Shown here: in pieces, positions 13,546-27,530 of the stretch | Numbering within the stretch: the stretch's first letter is position 1 | Layout: each line of letters opens with the position of its first letter | Source of the DNA: Chrysomallon squamiferum | Taxonomy: Eukaryota; Animalia; Mollusca | Assembly (NCBI GenBank): GCA_012295275.1 | Contig: CM022672.1 | Span: 32,116,001 to 32,180,000, forward strand | Direction of reading: 5' to 3' | DNA length: 64,000 nt | Position numbers and translations under genes: made by a program | The notes under the pieces: generated by a model | The model's input: only the letters and a program-made list of their open reading frames with translations | The model's database searches: none | What the model was told of the DNA's origin: nothing

Positions 13546-15660
13546 GACCTCTTTACATCTGAATCATTTTCTCTATTTATCTATCTCTATAATTTTATTT
13601 ATTTACATGTCTGTGTCCTTCTGTTTATTACATGTATTCCTCCATTAAAGGTACAACTAAGATTTACATCTTCCAAAATGTTTTGTTACAGGAATATAGC
13701 TAAGCATGGATGTTTAATATACATACAATATAATTTTAACATACTACACTTGTGTACATTTGGACATATTTAAAGACATCTAATTATGACATTTATTCAT
13801 CTTCAGGAGTTGTGAAATTCAATTAGTAACCTGAATATATCAAGACTCAGTTTCTGCTTTCAAATACACTGTGGGTTTTGATGAACTGAACAGATGTGGA
13901 GAGGTATGTAAAGACTTCAAATGTTTTGTGTAGAATCTATTTTGTTAAGCATTGCAGGAGATTAAAATTTAGTTAATTTATAGGCCTTAGCTGTTTGTAT
14001 GTTTGTGTGAATGATAGAGAGTGTGTCTGTATGTGTGCTAATTTTTTATTTCTGTCTAATTTTTTATTTCTGTCTCAACAATTTTATCTTTGTTTTATTT
14101 TATTTGCATTTACTTCATTGTACCATACTTTATTTATATTTATATTTATTTTTTTTTATTTTGTCTGGCTGCTACTTATTTTATTTTTTAATTCATTTCA
14201 AATATTTGTTTACTCATTTATTCCACTGTTTTTACTTAAATAGTTTCCTAATATTTGTCTTTATACAAGAAAACATCATTTCTGTTACTAATAGGAAATA
14301 GTTAACTAAGAAAACACTATTTCAGTCACTGATATAAAATAGCTAACAATGAAAGTTAAATCAGAAAACTAGTTCTGTAGCTGATATGAAATTGTTAGTT
14401 AACAGTGAAAGTTAACTCAGAAAACACTATTTCAGTTACTGATATGAAACTGTTAAGTGAAAGTTAACTCAGAAAACACTATTTTAGTTACTGATATGAA
14501 ACTGTTAGTTAACAGTGAAAGTTAACTCAGAAAACTCTATTTCAGTTACTGATATGAAACTGTTAACAGTGATAGTTAACTCAGAAAACACTATTTCAGT
14601 TACTGATATGAAATTGTTAACAGTGATAGTTAACTCAGAAAACACTATTTCTATTACTGATATGAACTTGTTAGTTAACAGTGAAAGAGTTAATTAACTG
14701 TTTTAGGATTTGTATTTTAGCAAGGATGACTTTTAAAAAATAACAGTGAGCAGTTCAACATTCTTGGAAACTTTGATAAAAAGCTAAATATAAAATAAAA
14801 TGTACAGAGATTAGGATAAAGAAAGAGAGTAACAGAGAGTGGGTTAGAGTGACAGAAAGTGAGTCAGTTCAGTTTCATACCTCAGTTCTCATTTTCACCA
14901 TGATAAGGCTATACCAATGTCCATGAAGGTGATGTTATTGTTATTGTTATTAATATTATTATTATTACTGTTACTGTTGTTGTTATGTTATTGCTTCATG
15001 TTTTTAACAAAGCTTTTTGCTTTTTTGCTAAAACTTTGACAGAGTCATTTACAAGATGAAGTTGACAACTGAAGATGAAAACTTACTAGTCTCCTAAAGG
15101 AAGAACTAAAAACATATGTCGACAATATAGAAGTTGAAATGTATGCAGTAAATATTTAGTTTTAATTTGTTGTTTCTTTGTTTCTTCTCTCTCTGATGTT
15201 TTCTTGAATCTTTCTATTTCTTATTTTTTCTGTCTGTTGATCTGTATTTGTGTACATCTATCTGATTTTATTTCTCTGTCTTTCTCTGTTAATTTATACA
15301 TACATTCTTCTGTTTTAGGTACAACTTAGATTTAAGTTTTTGATCTGTTGTTTCATTTCACTACCTTGAATACACTTTAATATGGATGTTTTTTATTACT
15401 ACAACAACATTTTAACTTACTACACTTGTATATATTTTCACATATTTAAAGAGATCTAATTAATATTCAGTGATCTTGATTCAACTTCAGGATTTGAGAT
15501 TCCACTTGTAATATTCTGTATATGTGAAGGCTTTATGCAGTGAAATTGGTGAAAGAAACAGAGGAGGAGAGGTACATAAATTCTTCTAGTGTATTTTTAT
15601 TAAGTGTTGTGGACTGCAGGATATTAAAACTTAGCTAGTATAAAGGCCTCAGCTCTTAGT
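13100..15660 (+). repeat. Old internal duplication of a two-exon module (~13100-13990 vs ~14870-15660)
   Basis: Paired sequences: agatgaagctgacaactgaagatga / agatgaagttgacaactgaagatga; ggtacaactaagattta / ggtacaacttagattta; catatttaaagacatctaatta / catatttaaagagatctaatta; both second exons end ggagag|gta. Confidence 0.85.
14270..14690. repeat. Minisatellite, ~54-60-bp unit, ~7 copies
   Basis: gttaactcagaaaacactatttcagttactgatatgaaactgttaacagtga repeated (e.g. starts at 14521 and 14575). Confidence 0.9.
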
Positions 15661-15696
15661 GGCTTGGTACATAGTCTTCATTAATGAAAACAAAAG

Positions 15697-15798
<102 letters not shown>

Positions 15799-16194
15799 GG
15801 TAAATAAGATTTAAAGATGTTCATGTTTTAAACATGTATTTTAAACTAAAATTTAGAAAATTGAGTTGGAGAGCTAAATTTTGATTCCTTGACATAAGAA
15901 GAGGTTAAAAGTGATGTTGAGATTAAAACTGTAATTTGGACATAGGATCTCAGTACCTCTAATTTTCAGAGTAAAAACTGACAGCATAGTATTTGTAGTA
16001 TTTTCTGGATTTAAAACAAAGAACAAAAGTAAATAAATAAAAAAAAAAATATGTTTGTTTCCAGTTCAGCAGCAATAACATCTATTGATATATTTCATAA
16101 CAAGCTCATTTCTCTATTTCAGATCTCGAGCTGTCAACCTGGTCAGTGTTGCAGTAAACATCTCACAGCTGTTGTCTGTTCTGCTACAGATGTA

Positions 16195-17440
16195 CATGTC
16201 AGCAACCAGTGAAATGATTTAAATACAACTTACACAGCTGTTGTCTACAGAATTACATGTCAGCAACCAGTGAAATGATTTAAATACAACTTACACAGCT
16301 GTTGTCTACAGAATTACATGTCAGCAACCAGTGAAATGATTTAAATACAACTTACACATTTGTTACAATGTACATGTCAGCAACCAGTGAAATGATTTAA
16401 ATACAACTTTGTCTGTTGTCTACAGAATTACATGTCAGCAACCAGTGAAATGATTTAAATACAACTTACACAGCTGTTGTCTACATAATTACATGTCAGC
16501 AACCAGTTACAACTTACACAGCTGTTGTCTACAGAATTACATGTCAGCAACCAGTGAAATGATTTAAATACAACTTACACAGCTGTTGTCTACAGAATTA
16601 CATGTCAGCAACCAGTGAAATGATTTAAATACAACTTACACAGCTGTTGTCTACAGAATTACATGTCAGCAACCAGTGAAATGATTTAAATACAACTTAC
16701 ACAGCTGTTGTCCAAATGAATTACATGTCAGCAACCAGTGAAATGAAAAAATCAAAAGTGAAATGATTTAAATACAACTTACACAGCTGTTGTCTACAGA
16801 ATTACATGTCAGCAACCAGTGAAATGATTTAAATACAAATACAGAATTACATGTCAGCAACCAGTGAAATGATTTAAATACAACTTACACAGCTGTTGTC
16901 TACAGAATTACATGTCAGCAACCAGTGAAATGATTTAAATACAACTTACACAGCTGTTGTCTACAGAATTACATGTCAGCAACCAGTGAAATGATTTAAA
17001 TACACAGCTGTTGTCAGCAACCAGTGCAAAAAATGATTTAAATACAACTTACACAGCTGTTGTCTACAGAATTACATGTCAGCAACCAGTGAAATGATTT
17101 AAAAACAACTTACACAGCTGCACACAGAATTAACATGTCAGCAACCAGTGAAATGATTTAAATACAACTTTACACAGCTGTTTACAGAATTACATGTCTA
17201 CCAGAAAATTTTACATGTCAGCAACCAGTGAAATGATTTAAATACAACTTACACAGCTGTTGTCTACAGAATTACATGTCAGCAACCAGTGAAATGATTT
17301 AAATACAACTTACACAGCTGTTGTCTACAGAATTACATGTCAGCAACCAGTGAAATGATTCAAACACAACTTACACAGCTGTTGTCTACAGAATTACATG
17401 TCAGCAACCAGTGAAATGATTCAAACACAACTTACACAGC
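16195..17440. repeat. Minisatellite, 61-bp unit, ~20 copies
   Basis: catgtcagcaaccagtgaaatgatttaaatacaacttacacagctgttgtctacagaatta starts at 16195, 16256 and onward; some copies are truncated or garbled. Confidence 0.97.
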
Positions 17441-18488
17441 TAGTGTAATGTGACACACAACAAGTTTATCTCTATTTTCAAACCTGGACTCAAATTTGAA
17501 AGGTGTTGGTTTGTGTGCTAATAACATATAAATCAGAGTAAACTGTTATAAACAAGGCAGTGGGTGTGTTGCTGGATCTCAAGCGACAGTTAGCCATTGA
17601 TCAGAGTGAAGATCTCAATACTATCAACAAAAGTGGAAAAAAGAAAGGAAATTATAGAGAACACTTAAATAAATCAGATTTGAATCTTTGAAAATAATGT
17701 GACATTTCAGATACCAATGAAAGCAGTAAATCCTGAATAAAGAAGTTTTTGGCAAAGCTAAGGATATTTATTATGTATTAAATATAGATTATGGCATGAG
17801 TGTTGGATGTACAAAATAGAAAAAAATGGTTGTTTTCTTATTTTTCTTTAAGATGTTTTAAGAATGTTTGATACATAAAGACAATATTAGAAGAAATAAT
17901 TGTTTTCACATAAACTTAACCTTAGCCAATACAAATATTTTACTTCAACTGTTTTTTTTTTTTTGTTTGTTTATTTTTAGAAAAATATTTTTTTTAAAAA
18001 CTAAAAAAAATATATATATATATATATATATATTTTAAAACAATGACAAAAAACAACAACAACAAACAAATACAATACAGCTTTTAAAATCCATTTTAAG
18101 ATTTGAAATATTTCTTACTCTTACTACTCTGTTATTGTTACATATACACTTTAGAGATATGCAGAATTAAATTGTTTCATGACAATATCATAAAAAATCA
18201 GTTAATTTTTTATTGAATATAAAATATTAGGTTTTCTTCACAAGGTTGGACTATGCACAAAGACTTAATCACTGAACAGTAACTCAAATCATTGAGCTAC
18301 AAATGATGAGGCTTGAACCAGCTGTCTTTTATTTTTCAACCTAGTGTCCTAACCTATATAAGTTATTGCTGCTTGGTTATATGATTGAAGTTGTATACAA
18401 ACACAAATGGACATGTGCATGCAGATAAGAACATACACAAACACATGTATATACATAAATAAATTTAAATAAGAAAAACTCATCACTT

Positions 18489-18577
18489 CATGGGCTATCC
18501 AGTTAGCAGCTAAAGATCATTGATATGTACCATCCCACAGACAGGAGAGTACATACCATAGTCATTATTATACCAGT
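18489..18577 (-). mobile_element. SINE fragment (MetaSINE-like core)
   Basis: ttagcagctaaagatcattgatatgtaccatcccacagacaggagagtacataccat matches, from memory, the antisense Meta-domain core TTAGCAGCAAGGGATCTTTTATATGCACCATCCCACAGACAGGATAGCACATACCAC. Confidence 0.7.
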
Positions 18578-18883
18578 GCAAAGACTACCAAATCCAGCTC
18601 TCTTGAAAACAGAAAACTAATTTATTGAATATATATTTTCACAACAGCTAACTTATACACTTCATAATAAATATATATAGGAATTATCACCCTTGATACT
18701 TATGATACTAGATTCTTCATTCATTTATTCATTCATTCATTTCATTGCTATTAACTAATAGGAAATTTATATTTATGATGCTATCTTATGAGTTAAACTT
18801 TTCATTCAAATGGTTACATTTTTTTTGTTGAGTTCCTTAGATATAAAAAAAACCTGTGAGAAATTCAAAACAGACTGTTAACT

Positions 18884-18941
<58 letters not shown>

Positions 18942-18951
18942 TTTCATCATG

Positions 18952-19001
<50 letters not shown>

Positions 19002-19349
19002 GTACTGTCATTCTATAGTTTACCTAGTTTCCTCTAGGATTACCCTTTACGTTTTATTCTACGAAATAACCATTAGAATAGTGAAACCTAGATTTTATTT
19101 TCTTCTGAAAAGAAAGGATTTGAAATAAACTAAGAAGATTTTTTTTCGTCCATAAATTCTTTAAAATAATCGCATATATCGTTATTTGTTTACCATGGAT
19201 TATATTTCAGAAACACTATCTTTGGCTCAGATGCTCTTGCTCCAGGGACGAAATCAATGTAAATAAACGACAAGGGGAAATAACCCTCATGCACAATAAG
19301 CATTATATCCGGGTATTCAACGCCTTTTGAAAACTTAAATTGTGGTACG

Positions 19350-19386
19350 GAAATACAGAGGATCTGTAAAAGATTATGGCTCACAG

Positions 19387-19417
<31 letters not shown>

Positions 19418-22400
19418 TTAAAAGAATTTCAAGACATTTCATCTTTCTTCGGAGACAGCCTGAGACTTAAAGATTTGGACCAACGCGGATCAGCCCGGTT
19501 AGATTTCAATTAAGAAAAAGACAACAAAAATATGATTCATTCATTGTAGTCTAAACCATAATAAGAATGGATTTACAAAATGCACAGACATTTGCATTAC
19601 AAAACACAATTTAAGGGCAGTAGGATGTTTTTCTAAGGTGTTACTATAAACAGTTGTTGGAAACATTAACCTTCGTTTTGCAGACAGTTTAACTAAGTGC
19701 AGGAGGGTTTTTACTAGGGTATTACTGTAAGTCATCATTGGCAACATTCATATTTATTTTATAGAACTAAATGCTTTGATATAAATCAATAGGTGTGGTA
19801 TAGTCCACAGTAAAGAGTAGATTATTATTTACTAACTGAATGGATTACAAAAGAAATAATTGTTACATAACATTAGTTTGACATTGATATTGCAGTATCC
19901 AAATCTGTCCTGTTTTCAGGTATGTTGAAAGTGATAGACATCTACTGCACATGAAACCTGTTGTAGATGAAGTATCTCATAAGGCAAGTTTTTACAAGGG
20001 ATATGTGTGTTATTATTATTTATTATTTTTTTTTTTTTTTTTTTTCTAATTTATTTTAGGTTAGAATCTTGAAATTGTTTGACACATTAATTTGTATAGT
20101 TAATGTTCTTTCTATTTATGTACTTACATGTGTCAGTAATTAATTAAACTTTATGGGTATATGTTCTCATTAATTTTTTTTTTTTTTTTTTTTTTTTACA
20201 ATATTATAATAAGTTGTAGCAATTCTTCTGTTTTTCATTTTATTTTTTGCAGTCCATGAAAAGTGGAAAATATCAATCATTTCTTGAAATGCCTTTTCCA
20301 GACCTGGACTGATTGGATTGTATGACACACTTCAGGTATTTATATTTAACATTTTTTTATTTTTTTATTATTATTATTATTATTATTGTATTTGTTTCTT
20401 TTATGTAAGATCAGTGTTCATATACTTTGCTGTGATGGAAGATATGTTTTGTCAGATCCTGTTTTTTTTTTGTGTTTTTTTTAACAATACTGTAACAAAA
20501 CATTTCAGACTGATATGTCAGATGAAGATGAGCCTTGTGAGGAGGACCAAGCATATGAGGACAGTGTTTGTGATGTAGTTACATCACAAGATGATAGCTC
20601 TGATGATCATAGTAATAATTTCTCATTATACAAGGACAGTGTTTGTGATGTAGTTACATTAGTTAGTAATAATCATTATATATAAAGGAAGTGATGATGT
20701 AGTTACATCACAAGATGATAGCTCTGATGATCATAGTAATAATTTCTCATTATACAAGGACAGTGTTTGTGATGTAGTTACATCACAAGATGATAGCTCT
20801 GATGATCATAGTAATAATTTCTCATTATACAAGGACAGTGTTTGTGATGTAGTTACATCACAAGATGATAGCTCTGATGATCATAGTAATAATTTCTCAT
20901 TATACGGGAAAGATGATAGCTCTGATGTGAATAAGTAATAAAATTTGAAGTAAGATGTAGTTATCACAAGATGATAATAAATGTTAGTAATAAATTCATC
21001 ATTCAACACTTTTTCCAATCATTCACACATATGTTATTACATTCAGTCAAAAGCTACTACAAACTATTTATTACTTTTACAAGTCATATATAATTTGAAA
21101 TGTATGTTTTTCACACACATTTCTGCTGTCAGTTCTTTTACTGAGATAAACATTTGTCTGTTGACAGAAACCAGTAATGAAAGATGCGTAGCTTGAGAAA
21201 GGGTAATATAATTATTAAGAGAAAATCCTTGTTACCTTGATTCATTTATTGTTATAAATTTTGAGTTGTTTCCCTTTCTTTATGTTTATTTATCTTTCTT
21301 ACAGTTAAACCAGAGTTAATAATCAAAACATGGTAGTAAATGTTTCACATATCAGATAGTTAAGTTCTATGATGTCACTCCACTTGTGCTGTAGTGTTGC
21401 TTTTTATTTAATTATGATAGCAGTAAATAAATAAATGTTTTATAAAGACATGCAAAATGATAGAGTTCATATTTACAATACAAAACTGATAAAGTTCAGC
21501 TAAAGAATTCATTTATAGTTAAAAGTGAACCCAGTTTTTATATATATTTTACATTCTTACAAGATAAAGTTTATGTTGTGTTTTGTTTTCCTTTATTTAC
21601 TTTTTATTTATTTTTTTTTTTTTATTTTTTAATTTCTGCATGCAAATGAAAATTAATAATAAATTATAACAGTAATAATTTATAGTTTAGAAGTGTATTA
21701 ATCTTGTTATTATTGTGTAATTTTTGTTTTTATTCTAAAGATTATTTCCATCTAATGTTAGAAAAAATATAATTAGACAAATATGTGATTATGTTATGAT
21801 TCATATACACTTTGTGAAAAGTACAGGCTTAAGTGGCACTTTTATTTATTTATTTTAATTTAAAAGTTAATGCTTGTAATGATCATTTATTTAGTCATTG
21901 TTTTAGGTTTTCTGTTGCAAAAATTCATCCTAACAATAGTTTACAACAAGCTTTAATAACATTTAATATTTCAGTCAAATAACAAAACTTAAGCCACTAA
22001 TACCATGGAGTAATGTTAAAAGATTTATTATGTTTCTAGTAATTCAAAAGAAAACATTTCTTGTCAGAGTAACATCACATTTTATTAGTTCATTCTCATA
22101 ATTTATTTAGCCATTCTTTTACTTTTTCTGTTGCAAAATATATATATATATTTATATGTGTGTGTGTTTCTGTTTTTCTATCTCATTTTATTCTTTTTTC
22201 ATCCATCCATTTGTTTCTCATCATCTCACTGTATACATAAGTTTAGACTGACACAGATATCTTATGAAAAACATTTACATTCATCTTTGTCAGTAGCATT
22301 TTACTGTGTGTAGCACTTTAACAATTGTGTTTTGTGATTCTTACAGTTTCTCATTTCCTAGTAAAAAGCATTTCATGTGAAATCATCATTTCTTTTCAGT

Positions 22401-22704
22401 TTGATGGAATTAGATTTGGGAATAAATATTAAACTGATGCAAGGTAAGTGTTATTTTGATGTGCATATAATAAATACAGATTGAAATATTTTCCTCAAAT
22501 TATTCATTATTTGACTTAAAAAATACTGAAACAAAACTGTGTTGTCCATTGTAACAATATGTTTGCACACAGCAGCTTTGAGTACAGATAATGAAAAGTT
22601 TCAGCTCCATTAAAACTGACTGAAATAAATGTGATTCATTGTTAGGGATATTATTTTTTTTTTCATTATTTTATTTTATTTTATTTTATTTTATTTTATT
22701 TTAT

Positions 22705-22744
<40 letters not shown>

Positions 22745-25150
22745 TTAACTCCTTCTTCTGTACAAATGTGCTTCTTGTTGTGTTGCAGAGTGTTGATCAT
22801 GAAGGTGGAGCAATGAAAAATTCAAAAGAGAAAAAGAAAAACAGAAATGTAAGTTGGACTATAGAAAAATTAAAAACAACTTGGTGACTGGTGGATGAGA
22901 AAGTAGGTATCAGCAGCGTACATGTTCTAAACCCTCATCTCCCAAATTTTTTTTTTTTTTTTTTTTTTAAATTATTTCTTCCAAAATGATAAATTCACAA
23001 AATCTGGAATAATCATCCCCAGTATTGTTTGATGTAGTGCATTTATCATAAGCATTCTGTTTTCTGAACAGAAACTCACAGTGCGTTTCTGAAACTAACT
23101 TTTTCAACCTCCAAAAAGACTGACAATATGCATCACACAGCTGATTTTAACACTTCATAATTTCTAACCTGAACATTATCCAGTGAATTATATACTAGAA
23201 CAGCCTTTCCTGTCAATTTACTCTGAACTAATAAGTGCCCAAACTGTTTTGGCCATTTAGATACCAACCACACTCTTTTGAGAAAGAAAATTTCAACATC
23301 ATTTTCATCCAAATCAGTAACTGAACTGTAACAATTATTGATTCTAAAATCATTCAATCCATTCTCACTTGAATTCTCTCTAAACTGTCCTCTCATTTTA
23401 AGTTCAAGTTCCATTTTCTGTTTAATTATCTGAAATTCTCTTTCATTCTTTCATTGTCTCTCCTCTTTATCTCTCCCTTCTCTCTTTCTTTTTACCTTTC
23501 TTTGATACACTCTGTCTCTCTCTCTCATTTTCATTTCTTTCATAGTCTCTTTTCTCTCTATCATTTTCATGTTCTACTTTCTTAAGCTTTAATTTTTGTT
23601 TGAAGGTTTATATCCTTTAATAGTAGTGATTCTGCCATACTCTGAGTTACACCTATGTCATTACTTCCCCCACTCTCACTGTCCAAAGAATTTCCAAATA
23701 AAGCCTCTGTTAATACTTCTCTGATTTGCTCTGTCTTGACTGGGACTTGAAATATTATGAATATTTGTCAATAATGTTAGCTCAGCCCTCTTGGCTCTTT
23801 TTATAGAAGTTACACCAAGACTGTGCACTATATCTTGATCCATAATAATTTCTGTTCTGATTTTATAATTTTATAATGTTTTTTATTCTTATTATTTTGT
23901 TTTGTTGTGTTTTCTCTAGTAGATATAAACATAAATTAGCTGTCATTAAATTTGGGAAATACTCGATACATCCAAAGAAATAATTCCATAAGAATTTGAG
24001 AAAACGAACTCCCACATTAATTATTTTTAAAATCCTGGATGAGAGCCCCAACTTTTACAATCCTGTCACAGAGCTCACACCATAAAACATCTTGGATATT
24101 TTATTAAGACTCAGCCTGACTGAACCATTTGGTTTTCAGGTTGGGTTTTTCCTTTTCTCTTTAAATAACAAGTGCCAGGTGTTTAAAACAACCCAAAGCA
24201 GTTGAGAAATTTACGGGAAAAATAAAACATGCAGACATCACAGAAAATTAAATTTGTTATGCAATCTTAATTCCAGATGATCAGGCAGCCTACCAGTGGA
24301 TGATAAGGCTCCTCACCTCCAGCAGAGAATGACCAGACTCACCATCCCCATCACTAGACAACCAGACTCCTACAAATCTACCAGTGGAAGACTGCTGACT
24401 TGTATGTGTTCATTCTGTCTTACCATAATTCTATGTAGTCTTCCAAATCTCTGTCCTCTAACAGATCAGCTGAGTGAATAATATAAGATTTCTCAGTGTT
24501 CTTATTTCAAACTGTTGAGGTTTAAAAAAGCACAGTATTCTATTTCTGATCTCTAGCATTATCCACAGTTATAATTTATATTCACTTTCTGCTGACTGTA
24601 ACTTGTAATTTGTCTATTCAGGCTTTATATTTGAGTAACAATGACTGTTTTGACTTCCAGAGGAAAATTGAGCTGTGGCAACGTTTTCCTGTAATTTAAA
24701 CATTTGAAATTGTTTGACTAATATTTAGTAAGTAATAAACTGATGTGATTGTGCTGTCATGTACATACATGTGTAGCTGATATAACTCAATGTGCTTTGA
24801 GTAACATTTTCTTTGTTCATTTCATGTGTGGCATAAGACATAGCAATGTGACAAACATTTCATTTTTGTCAAGCTTGTCCTCATAGTTCTATGTGAAGTG
24901 AAATTTACTTATTTTCAAACATCTCATTTGGAAATAATATTAATTATTTTTTTTTTTTTTTTTTTTCAGGTTGAACATGAGACCTCTAGAAGGAAAGGTG
25001 CCTCTGAGCTCTCTCTGTAACTTGCAAGAGGTTTTCTATTTTGTGAAAAAGGTGACATCTTCCAGAACTACGCTTCAGTAGACATGAATATTATTATTTT
25101 GATATTTAATTGATTCGTGTTTTTTATTACTTCAATAAATACTGTTTCTC
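19350..25150 (+). ncRNA. Putative spliced, polyadenylated lncRNA-like gene, copy 1; candidate exons ~19350-19497, 19920-19983, 20253-20335, 20509-~20950, 22400-22443, 22789-~22848, 24277-24401, 24970-~25150
   Basis: Most acceptors and donors are retained across copies; terminal exon has AATAAA at 25134-25139 followed by a T/GT-rich tract; no long spliced ORF. The first exon is the least certain. Confidence 0.55.
22885..24055 (-). mobile_element. Ty3/Gypsy (Gmr1-like, SCAN-related) gag remnant with degenerate tRNA-Pro PBS, copy 1
   Basis: Reads LDENDVEIFFL..KWPKQFGHLLVQSKLTGKAVLVYNSL..NYEVLKSAV, then after a frameshift LKKLVSETHCEFLFRKQNAYDK..YSRFCEFIILEE..AADTYFLIH. PBS-like ttggggctctcatccaggat at ~24031-24051 versus the Pro consensus TGGGGGCTCGTCCGGGAT. 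Confidence 0.85.
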
Positions 25151-27354
25151 TTTCAATTCCTGGGTTTTTTGTTTGTATTTGTTATACTAATTTTTTTATG
25201 TGATAGTCTGCAAGTTGTGGGATTTTTTTTTTTTTTTTTTAAATATTTTCTCTTATTCATTGCTTGATGATAAGTTTTAGTATTATCATCATTTGTAATA
25301 AGTTAGGATTGTCTCTCATAAAATCCACACAGTGTCTTTGTTCCTTACATTCTTTAATTCATCATGACAGTATAAAATTGTACACATATTTGTACAGTTC
25401 TCCTCCTGACTATAGTTAAATGTTTTGCATGAACTTTTGTTACATGTTAGCTTCATGATTATTTTTCAGAGGGGAGGAAAAGTGTCTGCTGTTTACTGCA
25501 AATACATTTATAATAAGTAATAGTTAATTATGGGATCTTCTGTTTTCATTTCACTGACATTGTCTAGTGCCAGGAAACAAACTAAAAATTGTTTGACAGT
25601 AAAAATATTGTTAATATTAATTTAAAAAAAAAAATATATATATATACTGCATTTGATAAATACTTCCCAGCATTGTATATTAAGAAAGAAAACAAAAACA
25701 AAAATGTCTATCACCTTTAAGTAGGTAACTGGTAGTTTGTAAAGTACAAATAATGGCTAGACTACTTTAAAAACTAATAGAACAAAATGTAATTTTTCTG
25801 ATGCTAGGTGACTCTAAATGTCATAATACATAATATTAATTTAAATAATCAGTGTGGCCCTTAAAGCAATGAGCAAACAGCAGAGCAGCCCCACATCAGC
25901 TAAACCTCAGTCAAGTATCATGTGAGAACAGAGTGAGCTGCCCTTGAAACTGCAAGCAAACATGACAGAAGCCTGATGCTGCAACTGATGATAGTTTGAC
26001 AATAATTGTTAGCTGAGTTTTCTTGCAGATTTATAGACTTTGTGGTTGTTGTTTGATTTGTGATTGTTTATTTATTTGTTGTTTTTTTCTTCTTTTTTCC
26101 TTTTTGTTTTGAGAAACATTATTATTACTATTACTATTATTATTATTATTATTATTATTGGTTATGCATTTATTTATTGAATTCTAATTTTTCTTATTCT
26201 TAATTATTCCATTTGATTCTTATTTTTTCTATTACTCATTTTTTATTTTAATATTTCAATTTTTGTTTATGATTATTATTTTGGTGTGTGTGTTTGTTTC
26301 AGTTTAGTGAAATCTCTTCTGAACAGCTAGGATTATCTAGTTCTGTCTAATTAAGCAATAATTAAAAACTAAACTATCTGAGTTTTGATGTAAAATTTGA
26401 TTATTTCAGATGAATGCAATAACGATTTCGTGTGTTGAGATAATTCTTAGAGTAGCAAGACAAAGAAACATCTGAAAATGTGTTATTATTTTTCTCTTCT
26501 TTGTGTACATATATATTCACACACACATACACGTTTAACAGAATGGAAAACTGATTTTTTTTACCACATAGTTTTCAACTTTCTGTTCATATAAAGGTTT
26601 TTGATATTTTATACAACACTTGTTTCATTTAGAACTTCAAAAGGAGTAAAAGTTTAAAAGTGAATGGACAAAACAATGGATAAAGAAGTAATTTTTGCAT
26701 GTAATTTCATCATGTAGTTTTTTCTTATTTAATTACTGATATTATAATTTGATTATTAATACTTGTCACTGTGTCTGGTGTTACTCAGAATAAATCAAGA
26801 AGGAGATAGAAAGTTAAAGTTGAGAAAACAGTTCATGTGATAAAGAAATGAAACAACTGGAGTCTGTACTTGTTTGACTGGACAACATGCTACCTCTTGT
26901 TGACAGAATCATTATACTGGAATTATTGAAATGAGTAAACATAAAATTATTGTCTCATCTGACTTGAGAACACATTTTGATACAAACAGGCCCATAATTC
27001 TGATTATAGCTTATAACTGTTATACTAAAATAGTTTTAACCTTAATTAATGGAAACTACAGTTACTGGCAGAAATTAAATCCAGTTTTAAAATTTCATTT
27101 TATACTGACTATAAATAGGTGTTAATGACAACTTCACTCTCTGACAGAAACAGGTCCAATGTTAAAATATATCTGCTTTTAAAACTTGACACTGATAATT
27201 AATGACAAAAATAAATCTAGTCATTTTGTACTGTCAAAGGACTAACTTGATTTTCTTTAAAGTGCAAAGAATGAATTAGTATTTGGGTTTCATATATTGC
27301 TATGAAACACTGCCAACTTCTTCACTGCTCATGCAAAATGTTAAATAGTATTAT

Positions 27355-27530
27355 GAGTTAGTGTAGGTGTTCAGTTTAGTATTAGGTGTTTGTGTAGGTG
27401 TTAAGTTTAGGATTAGGGTTAGTGTAGGTGTTAAGTTTAGTATTAGGGGTTTGTTTAGGTGTTAAGTTTAGGATTAGTGTGTACAAGTTAAGGACAGGGT
27501 TTGGGTTAGGACTAGGTCTAGGTTCAGATT
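27355..27530 (+). repeat. Degenerate ~30-bp repeat built from TTAGGG-like hexamers (longer copies at ~37845-38215 and ~46750-47180)
   Basis: Unit ttagtgtaggtgttaagtttagtattaggg; copy number differs between the three tandem units. Confidence 0.85.

Noticed and set aside
25980-26020. Box C/D snoRNA (TGATGA...CTGA), also in units 2 and 3
   Set aside because: Only ~20 nt between the boxes, no convincing terminal stem and no recognisable rRNA guide; a snoRNA-host role for these loci could not be supported.
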